Notes under the pieces: generated by a model | The model's database searches: none | Seen by the model: only the letters and a program-made list of their open reading frames with translations | What the model was told of the DNA's origin: nothing | Shown here: positions 41,216 through 53,808 of the stretch, piece by piece | How positions within the stretch are numbered: position 1 is the stretch's first letter | Layout of the letters: the number at the start of each line of letters is the position of its first letter | Made by a program: the position numbers and the translations under genes | Assembly: GCF_964355755.1 (NCBI RefSeq) | Contig: NC_092677.1 | Location: 1,014,101-1,078,100 of the forward strand | Length of the DNA stretch: 64,000 nt | Reading direction: 5' to 3' | Source of the DNA: Antedon mediterranea | Lineage: Eukaryota; Animalia; Echinodermata

Positions 41216-41244
41216 CAATGATGTTGCGTAGCACTGTGTAAATT

Positions 41245-41590
41245 ATATATAAATCATACTGTAAATTATAGAAACAGTGCTCATATTCGGAACATGATCT
41301 CATAATCGCGTCGAGCATAGCTCATTGGCGAAAGTTCCATATTTTTTAGTTGTATGAAAAAATGTCTCTGGCTGGATTCGAACCTGCAACCTCTCGCTTA
41401 CAGGGCGAGTATCATACCACTAGACTATGATACTCGCCCTGTAAGCGAGAGGTTGCAGGTTCGAATCCAGCCAGAGACATTTTTTCATACAACTAAAAAA
41501 TATGGAACTTTCGCCAATGAGCTATGCTCGACGCGATTATGAGATCATGTTCCGAATATGAGCACTGTTTCTATAATTTACAGTATGATT

Positions 41591-41597
<7 letters not shown>
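41245..41597. mobile_element. Head-to-head palindrome of a tRNA-derived SINE; third truncated copy at 42127-42270
   Basis: ~170-bp inverted arms around a 9-bp spacer CCACTAGAC (41417-41425); arms contain CTCGC-CCTGTAA-GCGAG and B-box GGTTCGAATCC. Confidence 0.85.
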
Positions 41598-41659
<62 letters not shown>

Positions 41660-41688
41660 GTATATATATATATATATGTATATATATG

Positions 41689-41724
<36 letters not shown>

Positions 41725-41774
41725 TATAAAAAAATCAAGATCAAATAAGTTAAAACTGCCTCAATATAGATTTA

Positions 41775-41817
41775 TTTTAACGACATGTTTCGGGCATAGC
41801 CCATCATCAGGTGAAAA
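41775..41817 (-). ncRNA. Minimal type-I hammerhead ribozyme motif (Penelope-like element type)
   Basis: TTTTCAC-CTGATGA-TGGGC TAT GCCC-GAAAC AT GTC-GTTAAAA; stem I has one mismatch. Confidence 0.65.
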
Positions 41818-42264
41818 GAATTGTAACAAAGGATAACATATATAAGTCACAAAATTACATAATAAAACAAATCAACCAATCAAAAATGTTAACAAACAAA
41901 AGGCATAGTTATAAAGGCACGCCTCCAAAAGCTATGGTGTACAAAGCAGGAATGGTTGCTTATAAAGCAGGAAATTTAAAACAAAGACAAAAGCTTCAAG
42001 TGTAAATAATAGTTAATATGTGAATGTCTCTGGCAAAATTAATGTTTAAAGGATCTAAATTGTACATTTATGCCGGTAGGGGCAAGAGTGCCAAGCTTTA
42101 CAATTATTCTATATATATATATATATAGGTTGCAGGTTCGAATCCAGCCAGAGACATTTTTTCATATAACTAAAAAATACGGAACTTTCGCCAATGAGCT
42201 ATGCTCGACGCGATTATGAGATCATGTTCCGAATATGAGCACTGTTTCTATAATTTACAGTATG

Positions 42265-42380
<116 letters not shown>

Positions 42381-42415
42381 GTTGAGTCTGGAAAAGAAGT
42401 AAAAACTACAGTTTG

Positions 42416-42464
42416 GTCTCTACAGGCTTGTTTCGTGAGTCGTGCAACTCACTCATCAGGAGAC
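42416..42464 (-). ncRNA. Type-I hammerhead ribozyme motif
   Basis: GTCTC-CTGATGA-GTGAGT TGCACG ACTCAC-GAAACA AGCC TGTA-GAGAC: intact core, stems I-III paired, GUA cleavage triplet. Confidence 0.82.
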
Positions 42465-42688
42465 TATAATGAGAAGAATCAATTACAACGCTGCTTATAA
42501 GCACATTTACTTGTAGAATTAGCATTTACAGGTGATATGTTTTGGAATATATATATATATAAATCCAAAGGCAAATTACTGAAAAAAATGACAATGCTGT
42601 GGGTATCAGTGGCTGGATCTCAATGGAGATACAAAAATAAAAAGCGAAAAGCTAAATCAAAACGATAAAGTAAACAGCCAGAAAAGTT

Positions 42689-42727
42689 AGCAGAGTTTTC
42701 GGGCAACACTAGCCTTTCATCAGTGCA
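42689..42727 (-). ncRNA. Degenerate hammerhead-like motif
   Basis: TGCA-CTGATGA-AAGGC TAGTGTT GCCC-GAAAACTC-TGC; weak stems. Confidence 0.4.
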
Positions 42728-42759
42728 AGTGACTGATATATATATATATATATATATAT

Positions 42760-43400
42760 AGGTGCTGATCAATTAGACGATTATGGATTGTTAAATGTAA
42801 AATATCGATTTAATATAAAGTTTTGCAAATTATCCAAGTTCATAAGATATTTATGGGCAGAAGTGCTTCATACCTAAACGAAAACTTTCGTAGAGTTAAT
42901 AACTTACATGGTCACTTCACTCGTGGTAGTAAACTCAATTTGGTTGTACCTAAAGTCCAAGGCATAGAATGTAATACATTCTATTTTAATGCAATCAGAG
43001 AATGGAATAACCTTCCTGACTATATTAAACAAATTTCCAACACATCTAAATTTAAAACTGAATTGAAACAATATTACAAAATTAAACATAGATAAATTAT
43101 TATTGTGCCATTATATCCGATGTTTTGCTTATATGCTTATATATTTATGAACCCCGTCTTATAATGTTTTTTTTGTTAAAATTATAATTACTATCTTTTT
43201 AGGGACCACATTGGAATTAAGTTGTTTTACTTTAAACGACTTTATGTGTTTTCCCGTGCATCGTCAGACTTCATTAATCCCGCCATTTTTATTTGCTTTT
43301 TTGATGTATTTTAATATTTGAGGTGATTATATATATTATTGATGTATTTTGAATGTTATGTATTGAGATGCCAAATAAATGAAAGAAAAAGAAAAACAAC
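42760..43400 (+). mobile_element. 3' fragment of a CR1/L2-group LINE
   Basis: ORF 42823-43095 (H..FTRGS..L.VP...TFYFNAIREWNNLP..IK...FKTELK); AATAAA and A-rich tail at ~43375. Confidence 0.75.
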
Positions 43401-43629
43401 GACAATGTTAAAGTAAAATCACGGAACTACAGAGTATTTGACGAAATTGTGTTCTGTTGGGAAAAGGGTAGATTGAAGACCTTTGATTAGGTATTCATAA
43501 CTATATAAATTAAGTTTGTCAATTATCATTATATAATTATAATCTTAATATGATTCCTAGTACTCTAATCTAATGGAATTACGACTTATAAAACGTCTAC
43601 CTACATAAAGACCATATGAAATATGAAGT

Positions 43630-43895
43630 TGTAGTATTAGTAGTAGCAGCAGCAGTAGCAGTAGTAGCAGCAGCAGCAGTAGCAGTAGTAGCAGTTGCAG
43701 TAGTAGTAGCAGTAGCAGCACAGCAGTAGCAGTAGTAGCAGTTGCAGTAGTAACAGCAGTAGCAGTAGTAGCAGTTGCAGTAGTAGTAGCAGTAGCAGCA
43801 GCAGTAGCAGTAGTAGCAGTTGCAGTAGTAGCACAGCAGTAGCAGCACAGCAGTAGCAGTAGCAGCAGCAGCAGCACAGCTGCAGCAGCAGTAGT
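43630..43895. repeat. Compound (AGC/AGT)n repeat
   Basis: Directly visible. Confidence 0.9.
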
Positions 43896-44297
43896 ACGTT
43901 TTTCATCTTAAGAATGATGTTAAAGATAATGGAATGTGTGTGTACTTACAGTCTAGTTTGAGTGAAGCAGTGTTTCTAAGTTTCCCTTGCATTCCACTAT
44001 AAGCAGCATTCTCTGCTCTACACTGGTAATCTCCTTCATCTGATACATTTACTTTATTAATAATTAATGCTGAATCAGAATATGAATATTTGTCTGTATC
44101 AGCCGTATTAAGTATGACGTCACCTTTACACCATATGACGGTAATGGGGGTTGGTACACCATCAAGTGAAGAACACGTAAACATTGCTGTTTCATTTACC
44201 ATCACAGACAGTTCTTGAGGCTCCAAAACTGTAGAACTATTTTCTGTTTCATGTATAAAAAAGTTATGCAAGATGGAATATCCTATCTAATTTGTAG

Positions 44298-47200
44298 TTG
44301 TAAGTGTGTATACTCGAACTAATGTGACAGTGAGTCCTGCTACATTCAATGTTGGTGAAGATGCAACAATGACGTGTACATATACACTTGAACCAGGAGA
44401 TGTGTTAGCTGGGTTAGCATGGTTCAAAGCAAATGGAATTGGAAATCAAGATGGGTCAGTACTTGTATCTACGGGAAGTACAGTCAGTGGTCGATACAGT
44501 TTATCCAGTAATAACCGTGATCTTATCATTACTAATGTTGAAGTCAGTGATGCTGGGAACTACTTGTGTAGAATTACATTGGATGTTACCTTTGCTAATG
44601 TTGAAGATTTTGAAATGATGTCAGTTGATTGTAAATAAACATTCCAACCAAATTACTTAATTATCTCAATATTTATTTTTTAAATAATTTTGATATTGAA
44701 AATGTGTGTAGTTGGTCGCTTTCTTGTAGACGCTTTTATTGTAGAACGTAATTTATTTATTTTTTCTCTGTTCTGGGTTGACCAACTAGCATAGGTGTTT
44801 AGCACCTGTTTGGTCTTTCCGTGCCTCCTTTTCTAATTGATTTGTCTTCTTTGTTTATGTATATGGCAAATTGAATAAATAAATTCATTAAATATTATTT
44901 ACTACATACTCTTACTTAATGAATGTATTAATAAATGTTACCCTATTAATTTAATTTATTATTTATTATAACATTTATTTTATTTTTATGTTTTTTTATA
45001 TCAAAGGTTAAATTATATGATTTCTATTTATTCAAACAATAACCAGCTTGTGCTACTCAACAAAGTTTCTGATGTACATATACTTCAATACTTCAATATA
45101 TAATTCAATAATTTCCCTCATCAAGTTGTTTTTACCAAAAAAAAGAAGAAAAGGTAGATGAAAAAGACCGAATAAATTGGAAGATCAGTAAAACATTTTA
45201 TAGTATGATACAGTACGGTACATTATATCTTATTACAGATATTAATGGTAGTCTTGCAATTGCTGTAAACTCTAATACCACAGCAGAGGATGTTATCATC
45301 ACATGTACTGGTATTGTAGATGGAGACCCAGTTCCTGAACTAAACCTGTATAGAGATAACAATATAATTAAAACACAGAGTACATTACCTCTAACATACA
45401 CAATAGCTACTGTGGCAGAGAATGATGGAGGAATCTATAGATGTGAAGCAAACAATACTGCTGGAACTGTGACAAGTAATACAATACAGTTTCATTACTG
45501 TAAGTGTGTTCAGTTTTGGTAAAGTTAGTTTCCTTTCATGTTGCGTTATTATCTATAAGAATGAGTTATCATGATTTAATTTGAAAAAAAAAACCCTGTC
45601 TTAATGTCATTTAAACAAAATTGTTCTGCAAATGACAACTTCCCCCGGGGAAGACATGACGTGTCTTTGCCCATATTTTCTCATCTTTTTCTAGTTAAAT
45701 AGATTCAATTATTTTATTTTGAACTAATAGCGTTTCACTTCATAGCAGTATAATCAACATATGTTGTTTTAAGGTGTTGATTATACATTGTTTAATGGTC
45801 GCTCCCGAGTATCAATGTTCTTCAGAACGTTAATTCCAAGAGTGCTAGACTAGTACAGTACTAGTATATTAAATATGTCTGTTGCATATTTTATTTGAAC
45901 AAAAATGCAACAATGTTTACATAATTCCTCGTATACGTATGATCATGAATTTATGTCAATTTTTATCTCTTATTCATCTTTGTTAGCAAACTAATTGTAT
46001 TGGTAGGATGTTTAATTACATGAATTAATTCATTTAAAGTGGCTTAGGTTCTATCCTGGCCTAACTTATTTTTATTATTTTATGTTTTTCTGTACGTAGC
46101 TGTTGTGAAAACCACAGTGTTGTTTTTAGTAATTAGTAAAGGATAATTATATCCTTTATTTATTTTGTAGATTTAAACGATATTGTTACAATTAGTTATA
46201 CTTCTAACAATACTACTATCGTAGTCACGTGTTCATGTTCAATTTATGGTAATCCATCTCCTGGTATAAACCTTCACAAAGATGATGATATCATTCTGCA
46301 ACAATCTACATTACCTTTAATATACCCAATAAGCAGTCCAACAGAGAATGATGGAGGATATTACACATGTGAAGCTCATAACACAGCTTTCTCTACAAGA
46401 GTATTAGAATTGTGTAAGTATAAAATACAAACTTTACTTGATAAAGAACGTATCTAAACAGCAAATTCACAATTGATTTAAAATCTCTATCTTTAAAGAG
46501 TCTTGAAAAATTGAAATTCTGAAATAGGCCGATGAAAAAATGGATTTAAAGTTTCACAAATACAAAATTAGTTGACAGAATGAATTAAACAACTGTTTCA
46601 AAGTAAATTTTTGATATAAATGATATATTTTCAGATAAACCAAGATATGAGACAACAGAACCAGGTACTCTTAAACCTGGAGAACAGGGTACGATTACAA
46701 TGGAAATTGTTGAAGCCAACCCTCAAGAGGTGAATTATGTTTGGAGCATCGACGGTGTTGTGGATCCAGATGCAAATTCTGCACCATTCCAGGGGCGCAG
46801 CCAGCAAAGGATTAAAGAGGGGGTCAACCAATATGTGAGTATTTTGCGAGCGAAGCGAGCAACCATGGGCTGGGGGCCAGGGGGCCGCCAAGGGCCCTTG
46901 GTTGGGGTCCAGGGGGCGAAGCCCCCTGGAAGCTTTGGCGGTCTAGGGCAATCTAGATCATTTGAATCGGTTTACGCACACACAAATATGACAATGTTAA
47001 CACTAAAAAACTGTAACAAAGAAAACAAAAAACAACTCTCATTTTCATTACAGAACATTTTTATATTCCAGGCTGCCACAGACAAACACTTTTTTTCTTG
47101 CTTGTTTGTTGATTTGTGTAGAGAGGCTGTAAACTCAGAGGAGGAATTATTTGAATTCCTCCCTTTTCACCAATACAAAAGTTGCATGAAATGAACGTAG

Positions 47201-50016
47201 AGATGCAAAAGTTTGAAAAAAGAAATTAGAATGATAGCATGGAGGGAGTGATATTATTAAATGAGAACCGTAAGGTTAGAGTTCATACACTGTGCAAGTC
47301 CAAGAAGCTATCTTAGCTCCGTGTTTATGTGAGACGCTTATCATACCCAGTACATACAATATTTTGTTTAAAAATATACCTATTTTGTTCGAATGTATAG
47401 TATAGGTGATAGCTTATACATAATTGTAATAACTAACTTCTAAATTATTATCATACATTTTACGTTAGTTACTATAACGGCGCTCTTGACATCGCGTGAT
47501 GCATCTTTAAACATAAGTTTGGAACATACATTCTTCTTGGCTTGGAGACAGAATTCGCGAATGACATTCTCTGTATTAATGTTCATGTTAAAGTGTATGT
47601 TCATGAGGCACAATCCCAAAAGCTGCTCATAAGACATGTGATTTCCCAAACAGGTTTTTTTCTCCATAAAGTCGAAAAACTCAGACGTTACGGGCATAGG
47701 CCTACGCGATTAGAAGAAGTGCACGCACATTCGGGAACACATCTGGATCCGCTAATTTTACACAGTCGCTTCCATCACTGAAGCTCGGAATGAAGATGTT
47801 CGTGTCTTGGCAGATCATCGTACCAAATTCAAGTTCCTTGAAGACTTCTTCAACATTACACTTCACTATAGACTCGGGTGCTACGCCAAATATTTTAAAG
47901 CATGGCCTGTTATCGGCAGAAAAACGGGTTTTTAACTCGGTTTGTAATCAAGAAGTTGATTTGGTAATACTGCTCGGTAGTAATCTTCCACAGTATCTCC
48001 AGGATGATTTGATCTGTATTGTTGTCTCATGTTTTTATTTATTTTTTCTAAAAAAAAGGGGGGGTCAGGACCCCCGTGACCCCCCCACTGGCTGCGCCCC
48101 TGCATTCACATTCACTGCATCAATGGAAGTTGGCACAGTTCATGAAATAACACTAATTGCTACTAATCTCATTGGATCAACTGCAGAGACAATACGGATC
48201 ACTGTCTCAGGTGTTGATTCATTTGTTTTTTTATTTTAAGAGCATATTATCATGCACCGAACAAAAACAAAAAGTCATTTAATATATCTATTTTACTCTA
48301 ATTTATCAAATCTCTGTGTGTCTGTCCGACTTTATTCAGAGACTAGAGGTCGCTAGGTCAATGTAAAATCTCAACATTCTCAAATTAGGAGCGGTATAAA
48401 GTCAAATTCTTTATTCATCCCACCTGGGGCAATTTCAAAAACAGGACTGAACAATATATAAAAAAGTACTGTATATAGTAAATCATTATAACACAATCAT
48501 CAATCATTTAAACACAACACCTTAAATCTATAACATCTCTTATTCAAAAGGCCCTAGATCAAATAATTTTATTTTTTCGTGACACATAGGACTCCGGTAC
48601 CGATATGCATACAGAGATAACAACCAATTCCATCTATCATGCATTGCTCAATTAAAAATATGTATTATAACTTTGACATTTTAGTTGTATTAAAGATGTA
48701 TTGTTCCCTTGAAAAATTAATTGAAAAAAAACATGTTTTGGTTGAAAATGCCATTTAAATGTCACATAATAGTTATTCACTTTCATAAAAAATTGGATCG
48801 AAAACAATATTTACCTGAAAAAACTGTAAAGAAATAGTCAAATTGGATGTCAGTCAATTGGTTTTTGGTTGAATTTAACCATTTATTTTGTCATTTTATA
48901 AGCGACAACATAATTTTGTTCGTTTTTTTCTATGAAAGTGATTAACTATAATAAATGGCCTATACTTTATTAATCTTCATTTTGCATGTTTTCTGGAGGA
49001 CAATATAAATATATATAAATCGTCATTCACATTAAAATTCGGTATAATTTTAGTTTCGTACATTGTAAATAAAGTGTACATTAATTTCCAGTAGAAAGAA
49101 AACGTAGGGCTTAGAAATATCGTAGGTTTGGTCATTGGAATGCTCTTTCTTGGTACCATCATTGGCTCCTTTGGACTTTATATTGGACAAATTATTTACA
49201 ACAAGATAAGGAAAGTTTGTTAGATTATTTATTAATACTTTACTTTATTGTTTTTATAATGCTAAAACATGCATGTTATACAAAGTAATAATAAGGGCCA
49301 TATTGATTTTTAACTACCAGCAGTATATCAAAAGATTTTGAATTACTTTACAACATGTTAGGATGTTGGTTATTTTAGTTTTCATGAACGCAATCCGTTT
49401 TCGAGAAAAGATGAGGTTATTGGAAAAGGGTATTTTATAAATAGTCTACATTGAATAAAACGAATTCACCTCATTTTCCATTGAAATATTATTGAAATAC
49501 ATACAATATTGAAAGTCTTATGGGATGACAATAGAGTAATGAAATATTAATTAATCTATTTAGAAGTCACTGTCAGAGAAACAAGACAAAGACAAAGGGA
49601 AACAAGATGTAAGTATTGAATACAATCTATAAAGACGATCAACAAAACGGTTTAATTGGTAGAACCATTGAAGAGAAAATATTTCTTTTTTCATTAACGG
49701 CAAAATGGACAATTAAAACTTAAATAGACTTAATGTCTAATTTGATTCTGATTAAACGTAAGTCTACGTTTACAATTCCAAATTATTGTATTAAGAGTTT
49801 AGTACAATTCCTTTATTTACCACAAGAAATAATGGTTTCTGATTTAAGTTAACAATTATTTTCTTTTTTTAACAGACTTAGGCCTACATGGATTATGTAG
49901 TAGACACTAGCCAGCAAAATCAAACCTATCAAGATTTACAATGCAGGCCTAACGAACAAGAATCAGCTTATGTTAATGTTAAGGCTGGAAATAAGAAGAA
50001 CAAAGGGAAAATATGA
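44298..50016 (+). pseudogene. IgSF receptor A5: divergent V-set, two C2/I-set, transposon-split third-type domain, TM, ITAM-like tail; no leader exon found
   Basis: Exons 44298-44630, 45239-45499, 46171-46413, 46635-48210 (hAT inserted at 46790), ~49126-49214, 49564-49608, 49876/49882-50016 (ACT TAG GCC TAC; YQDL-x10-YVNV). Confidence 0.8.
46790..48102 (-). mobile_element. Internally deleted hAT-like DNA transposon inside an A5 exon
   Basis: 15-bp TIR CAGGGGCGCAGCCAG/CTGGCTGCGCCCCTG; apparent 5-bp TSD CATTC; minus ORF 47440-47697 (PVTS..KT.L..MS.E.L.GL.LMNIH) resembles the hAT C-terminal dimerisation region. Confidence 0.85.
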
Positions 50017-50381
50017 ACAAGAAACAGCTTATACTTGCTTGATACTTGCTTGATGTTATGGGTCGGTTAGAAAGCATAACATTATGTTAATGTTATGGCT
50101 GGAAATAAGAAAAAGAAAGCGAAAATATGAACAACGCTAAGAGGATCGTTCTACTGTACATCTATATAAGTACATTATGCGCACACACACGTTTATAGAA
50201 ATTAAATTATTTAATTAATATTATTTAACTACCATTGGTGGAAGTCAAAATAATTTGTTTTCAATTAATATATGCAGACTAACGTTCATTGTGATATTAT
50301 GTTATATCAGCTAATGATAGACCTTTGAACTCTTTATTGAGTCAATTATATTCTGTAATAACACATCGGTAATTATATTAA

Positions 50382-51881
50382 CTAGATGGCACGCTCGCTT
50401 CGCTCGCGTACCATCTAGGTCGTGCCCACAGATGGTTCTCGAATACACAGTATTTCCAGCGAGAAAAAAATGGAGATTTCAAATGTACGTACCGCAGGAC
50501 TATGAATACATTGTCGTTTACAGAAACGAATAAATATACACAATGATTTATGTAGTCAACCAAAATTAGCACCCTGGGGATTACTTCCGAGAGAGAAACA
50601 AATTGAGTCAAATTTTTTTATTTGGACTCATTTAAACAAACCCAATTTGTGTTTTGTATGTAACATTAAGGGTTGAGGGATGGGGGAAGAAGATGGGTAC
50701 AAAGAGGAAACATTTTAAAATATATTCTTATCCACTCAGTAACGAAATATTGTTTTTAATGTTTTATAGGCCTATAAATAATATACCACTAAATACAGTA
50801 AAACATTTACGATTTAATACGGTACTTTGTTAAAACTCTCACTGTCATAGTCGATTGAAATAGTAAAGTACATGTAACGATACACCACTACGACGTTTAT
50901 ATATTTTTAAATTATTAATTAATACAAACGTTGAGAAGCAACTGTCAGTAATAACGTTTATTTATTTGTATATTATATGTTTATAATCTAACAGTAGGGC
51001 CTACCCACACTCACAGTAATAAAGTTTATTTGTATATATTTTTGTGGTTAATACCTTAACAGTATTGTACAGCATTGCAATACTATTTATGTTTATTCTC
51101 CAAGGGGGCCCATAAATCTAAATCTAAATCTATACCTCTATGGTTAAACCAAATAATTTGGAATGTTTATTTGTATATTATATGTTTATAATCTAACAGT
51201 AGGGCCTACCTATACTCACAGTAATAAAGTTTATTTGTATATATTTTTATATTACATCTAACAGTACCAACACTCACAGTAAGAAATTTGCGATTCAAAT
51301 TGCGATCAAAAGTGGTTAATACCTCAACAGTATTGTACAGTATTGCAATACTATTTATGTTTATTCTCCAAGGGGGCCCATAAATCTAAATCTATACCTG
51401 TATGGTTAAACCAAATAATTTGGAATGTTCCATTCATCACAAATCAATACATTTGTAAAAACGTATATTAAATGTATCAAAATAGTATTTTTTAAAGAAA
51501 ATCGGCCTGTCTTCAACATTATGATGCTGTACTCGAACTGTTCAACCGGTTTTCAGCTATTAAAAACAATTATCGTAGGAGGAGATAGGAAAATGCGAAG
51601 CCTCCTCGCATTTTTGTGGCGGGTATTTTTCAAGATGGACATCCATTAGACAGTGTATACCACGATCGGAAAACACCCCTATTTGGGGCAAATCGTTGAA
51701 CCTAAATTCGCTTTAATCGTCAATAACTAATTATCTAACTTAATTTAATTAGTAAACAGGGTTACATCAGGTGGTTAAAATCAGTACCGAAAGTACGAAC
51801 CAACTTTATATACCATCGAGTAAAAATTCTAGAAGTAAGGCGCGATTTACCGAATTTTGCCCTTACGTAAATTTATATAGA
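50382..51881 (-). mobile_element. Non-autonomous Helitron, 1.5 kb
   Basis: Absent from copy A (26686). On the minus strand it starts TC, ends CTAG, sits between A and T with no TSD, and has a terminal hairpin CTAGATGGTACGC..GCGTGCCATCTAG. Confidence 0.9.
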
Positions 51882-53286
51882 TTGTCTTGTTTCATACTAT
51901 TACAATTCTACATCGAAGCAAGTGTGTCACTCACGTTTTGTAAATACTACAAAGGATCATTCATGCAGTAGGTTTTATATATAATATATTTGGTAAGCTG
52001 AAAACCTCTATTATACCAATATTGTTAGGCCTATTTATATAGAAAACTAAACGGAAACGTATCGACTTAGGTATACTAAGGACGATACTGTCCCTGTAAG
52101 GGACAATTATCTACATATTCTGTTTATGTGAATAATAATCTATGTTAGTTTTTAGTCAACTTGAGTAAATTCTGTAGTACTTCTGAAATGTTTGTTAATT
52201 TTGGTGTTTCTAGTTTTCGTAAATTTATGCGTAAGTCTATTTATAGTTTTTTGTTACGTATTAATATATCTAATAATAATAATAATATGATTGTGAAAGT
52301 TGTGAGTGATAAACTGCTTGCGGAAACTCATTTATATATTTAAATATGCCATAAAAAGCAGAATGGTTTATACATCGAGAAAATAGTGTTAATGTTAATA
52401 TAAAGATTTATAATAAATAAATATTTATATATAGTTATAATATAAATAAATGTAATCTGGTATTACATATAGGCCTGCATACAAATAGCCTACTGTATTT
52501 GTTTATGCACCCAGGACAACGTATCTGACTACGAGTTTGACGACTAATGTCAAATTACCATGACTAAAGATTGGTTTGCCATTCTAAACAAAGATGTGAC
52601 GGGTAGTAACACATTCTGTGCTCATAAACTGTTCTATAAAGCCACATAATAGAAAGTTAACAAGGCCAATATACATGGCTCAATTTAGTGTTTACCTACC
52701 GGCCGACCAACCGACCGACATAGTGAGCTGTAGAGTCGCGTTGCACGCGACTAAAAACGAAACAGAAATGGGAAATAATTATGCGAACAGTAGAAGCGGT
52801 TTAACCTTATCATAAATCAATGAAGATCTACGTTCCACCATAAACGAAATGATCATCAGTAAATGACCATATCCTGTATAATACATTAATATAATAAATG
52901 ATTATTTACCTCAACCATCAATGTTAGTACTGCATGTCACTTTTCTATTGAGTAAAGGCCTATACGTGTGCCTTAAGTAAACGATTGCATGTGATTAGAA
53001 CCACAGATAGCAACAAACACAATACCACCAATAGTCCGTGCTCACCTGTATGCAAATTACAACATAAAATGAAAAAGATAATACTACTCATGGATTAATG
53101 AATTGCCTATTTATTAATCCCTGCACTACTGCAACCATGGGGATTGTTTCAACTTTCTGAAAAGTTATCATCTTTTAATAATAAAAAAAATGAACAGACG
53201 GTTAAACAATATAAAAAAAAATATACGGAATGAACGTATGACGGACACAGGATTAAAAAAAAACGGAGACATAATACCCAACAAAG

Positions 53287-53450
53287 AAAAACAAGGCCAA
53301 CAGCCAATAAGTCGCGTGCTACAATGCATAGTGATACCGGACCGACAGACAGACCGATATACCGACAGACAGACCGATGACAGACCGACAGACAGACCGA
53401 CCGACCGACCAACATAGTGAACTATAGAGTCGCGTCCACGCGACTAAAAA
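53287..53450 (+). mobile_element. DINE-1/HINE-like element (duplicate of 28150-28313)
   Basis: Same termini and microsatellite. Confidence 0.7.
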
Positions 53451-53808
53451 TGATGGTACAGGCATTGATGAACAAAGGCAGAAAAATTACAGAAAACGAA
53501 AAAAAAAATACACAAAATGAACAAACGAACACAAAAATGAACCAGTGAGAGAACGAAAATATTAATCATTATTTAAATAATACTATTTTCGCATTTAATA
53601 TCCGTTTTGGTTAAAACGCAGGGTTTCTCTGAATTTATCCATCATTCAGAGCAAAGCTAAACAAAAAATATAAGGCCTATCCAAAGTTCATATTATAACA
53701 GTTATAATGATCTTTTTTTTGTAAATTTGCACTTACAGAAAAGGTGTAATAGGAACGTGTCGAAGTGGACAAGTGACGATTTTATTAAAGGCGAAAAAGA
53801 CTTAAAAA

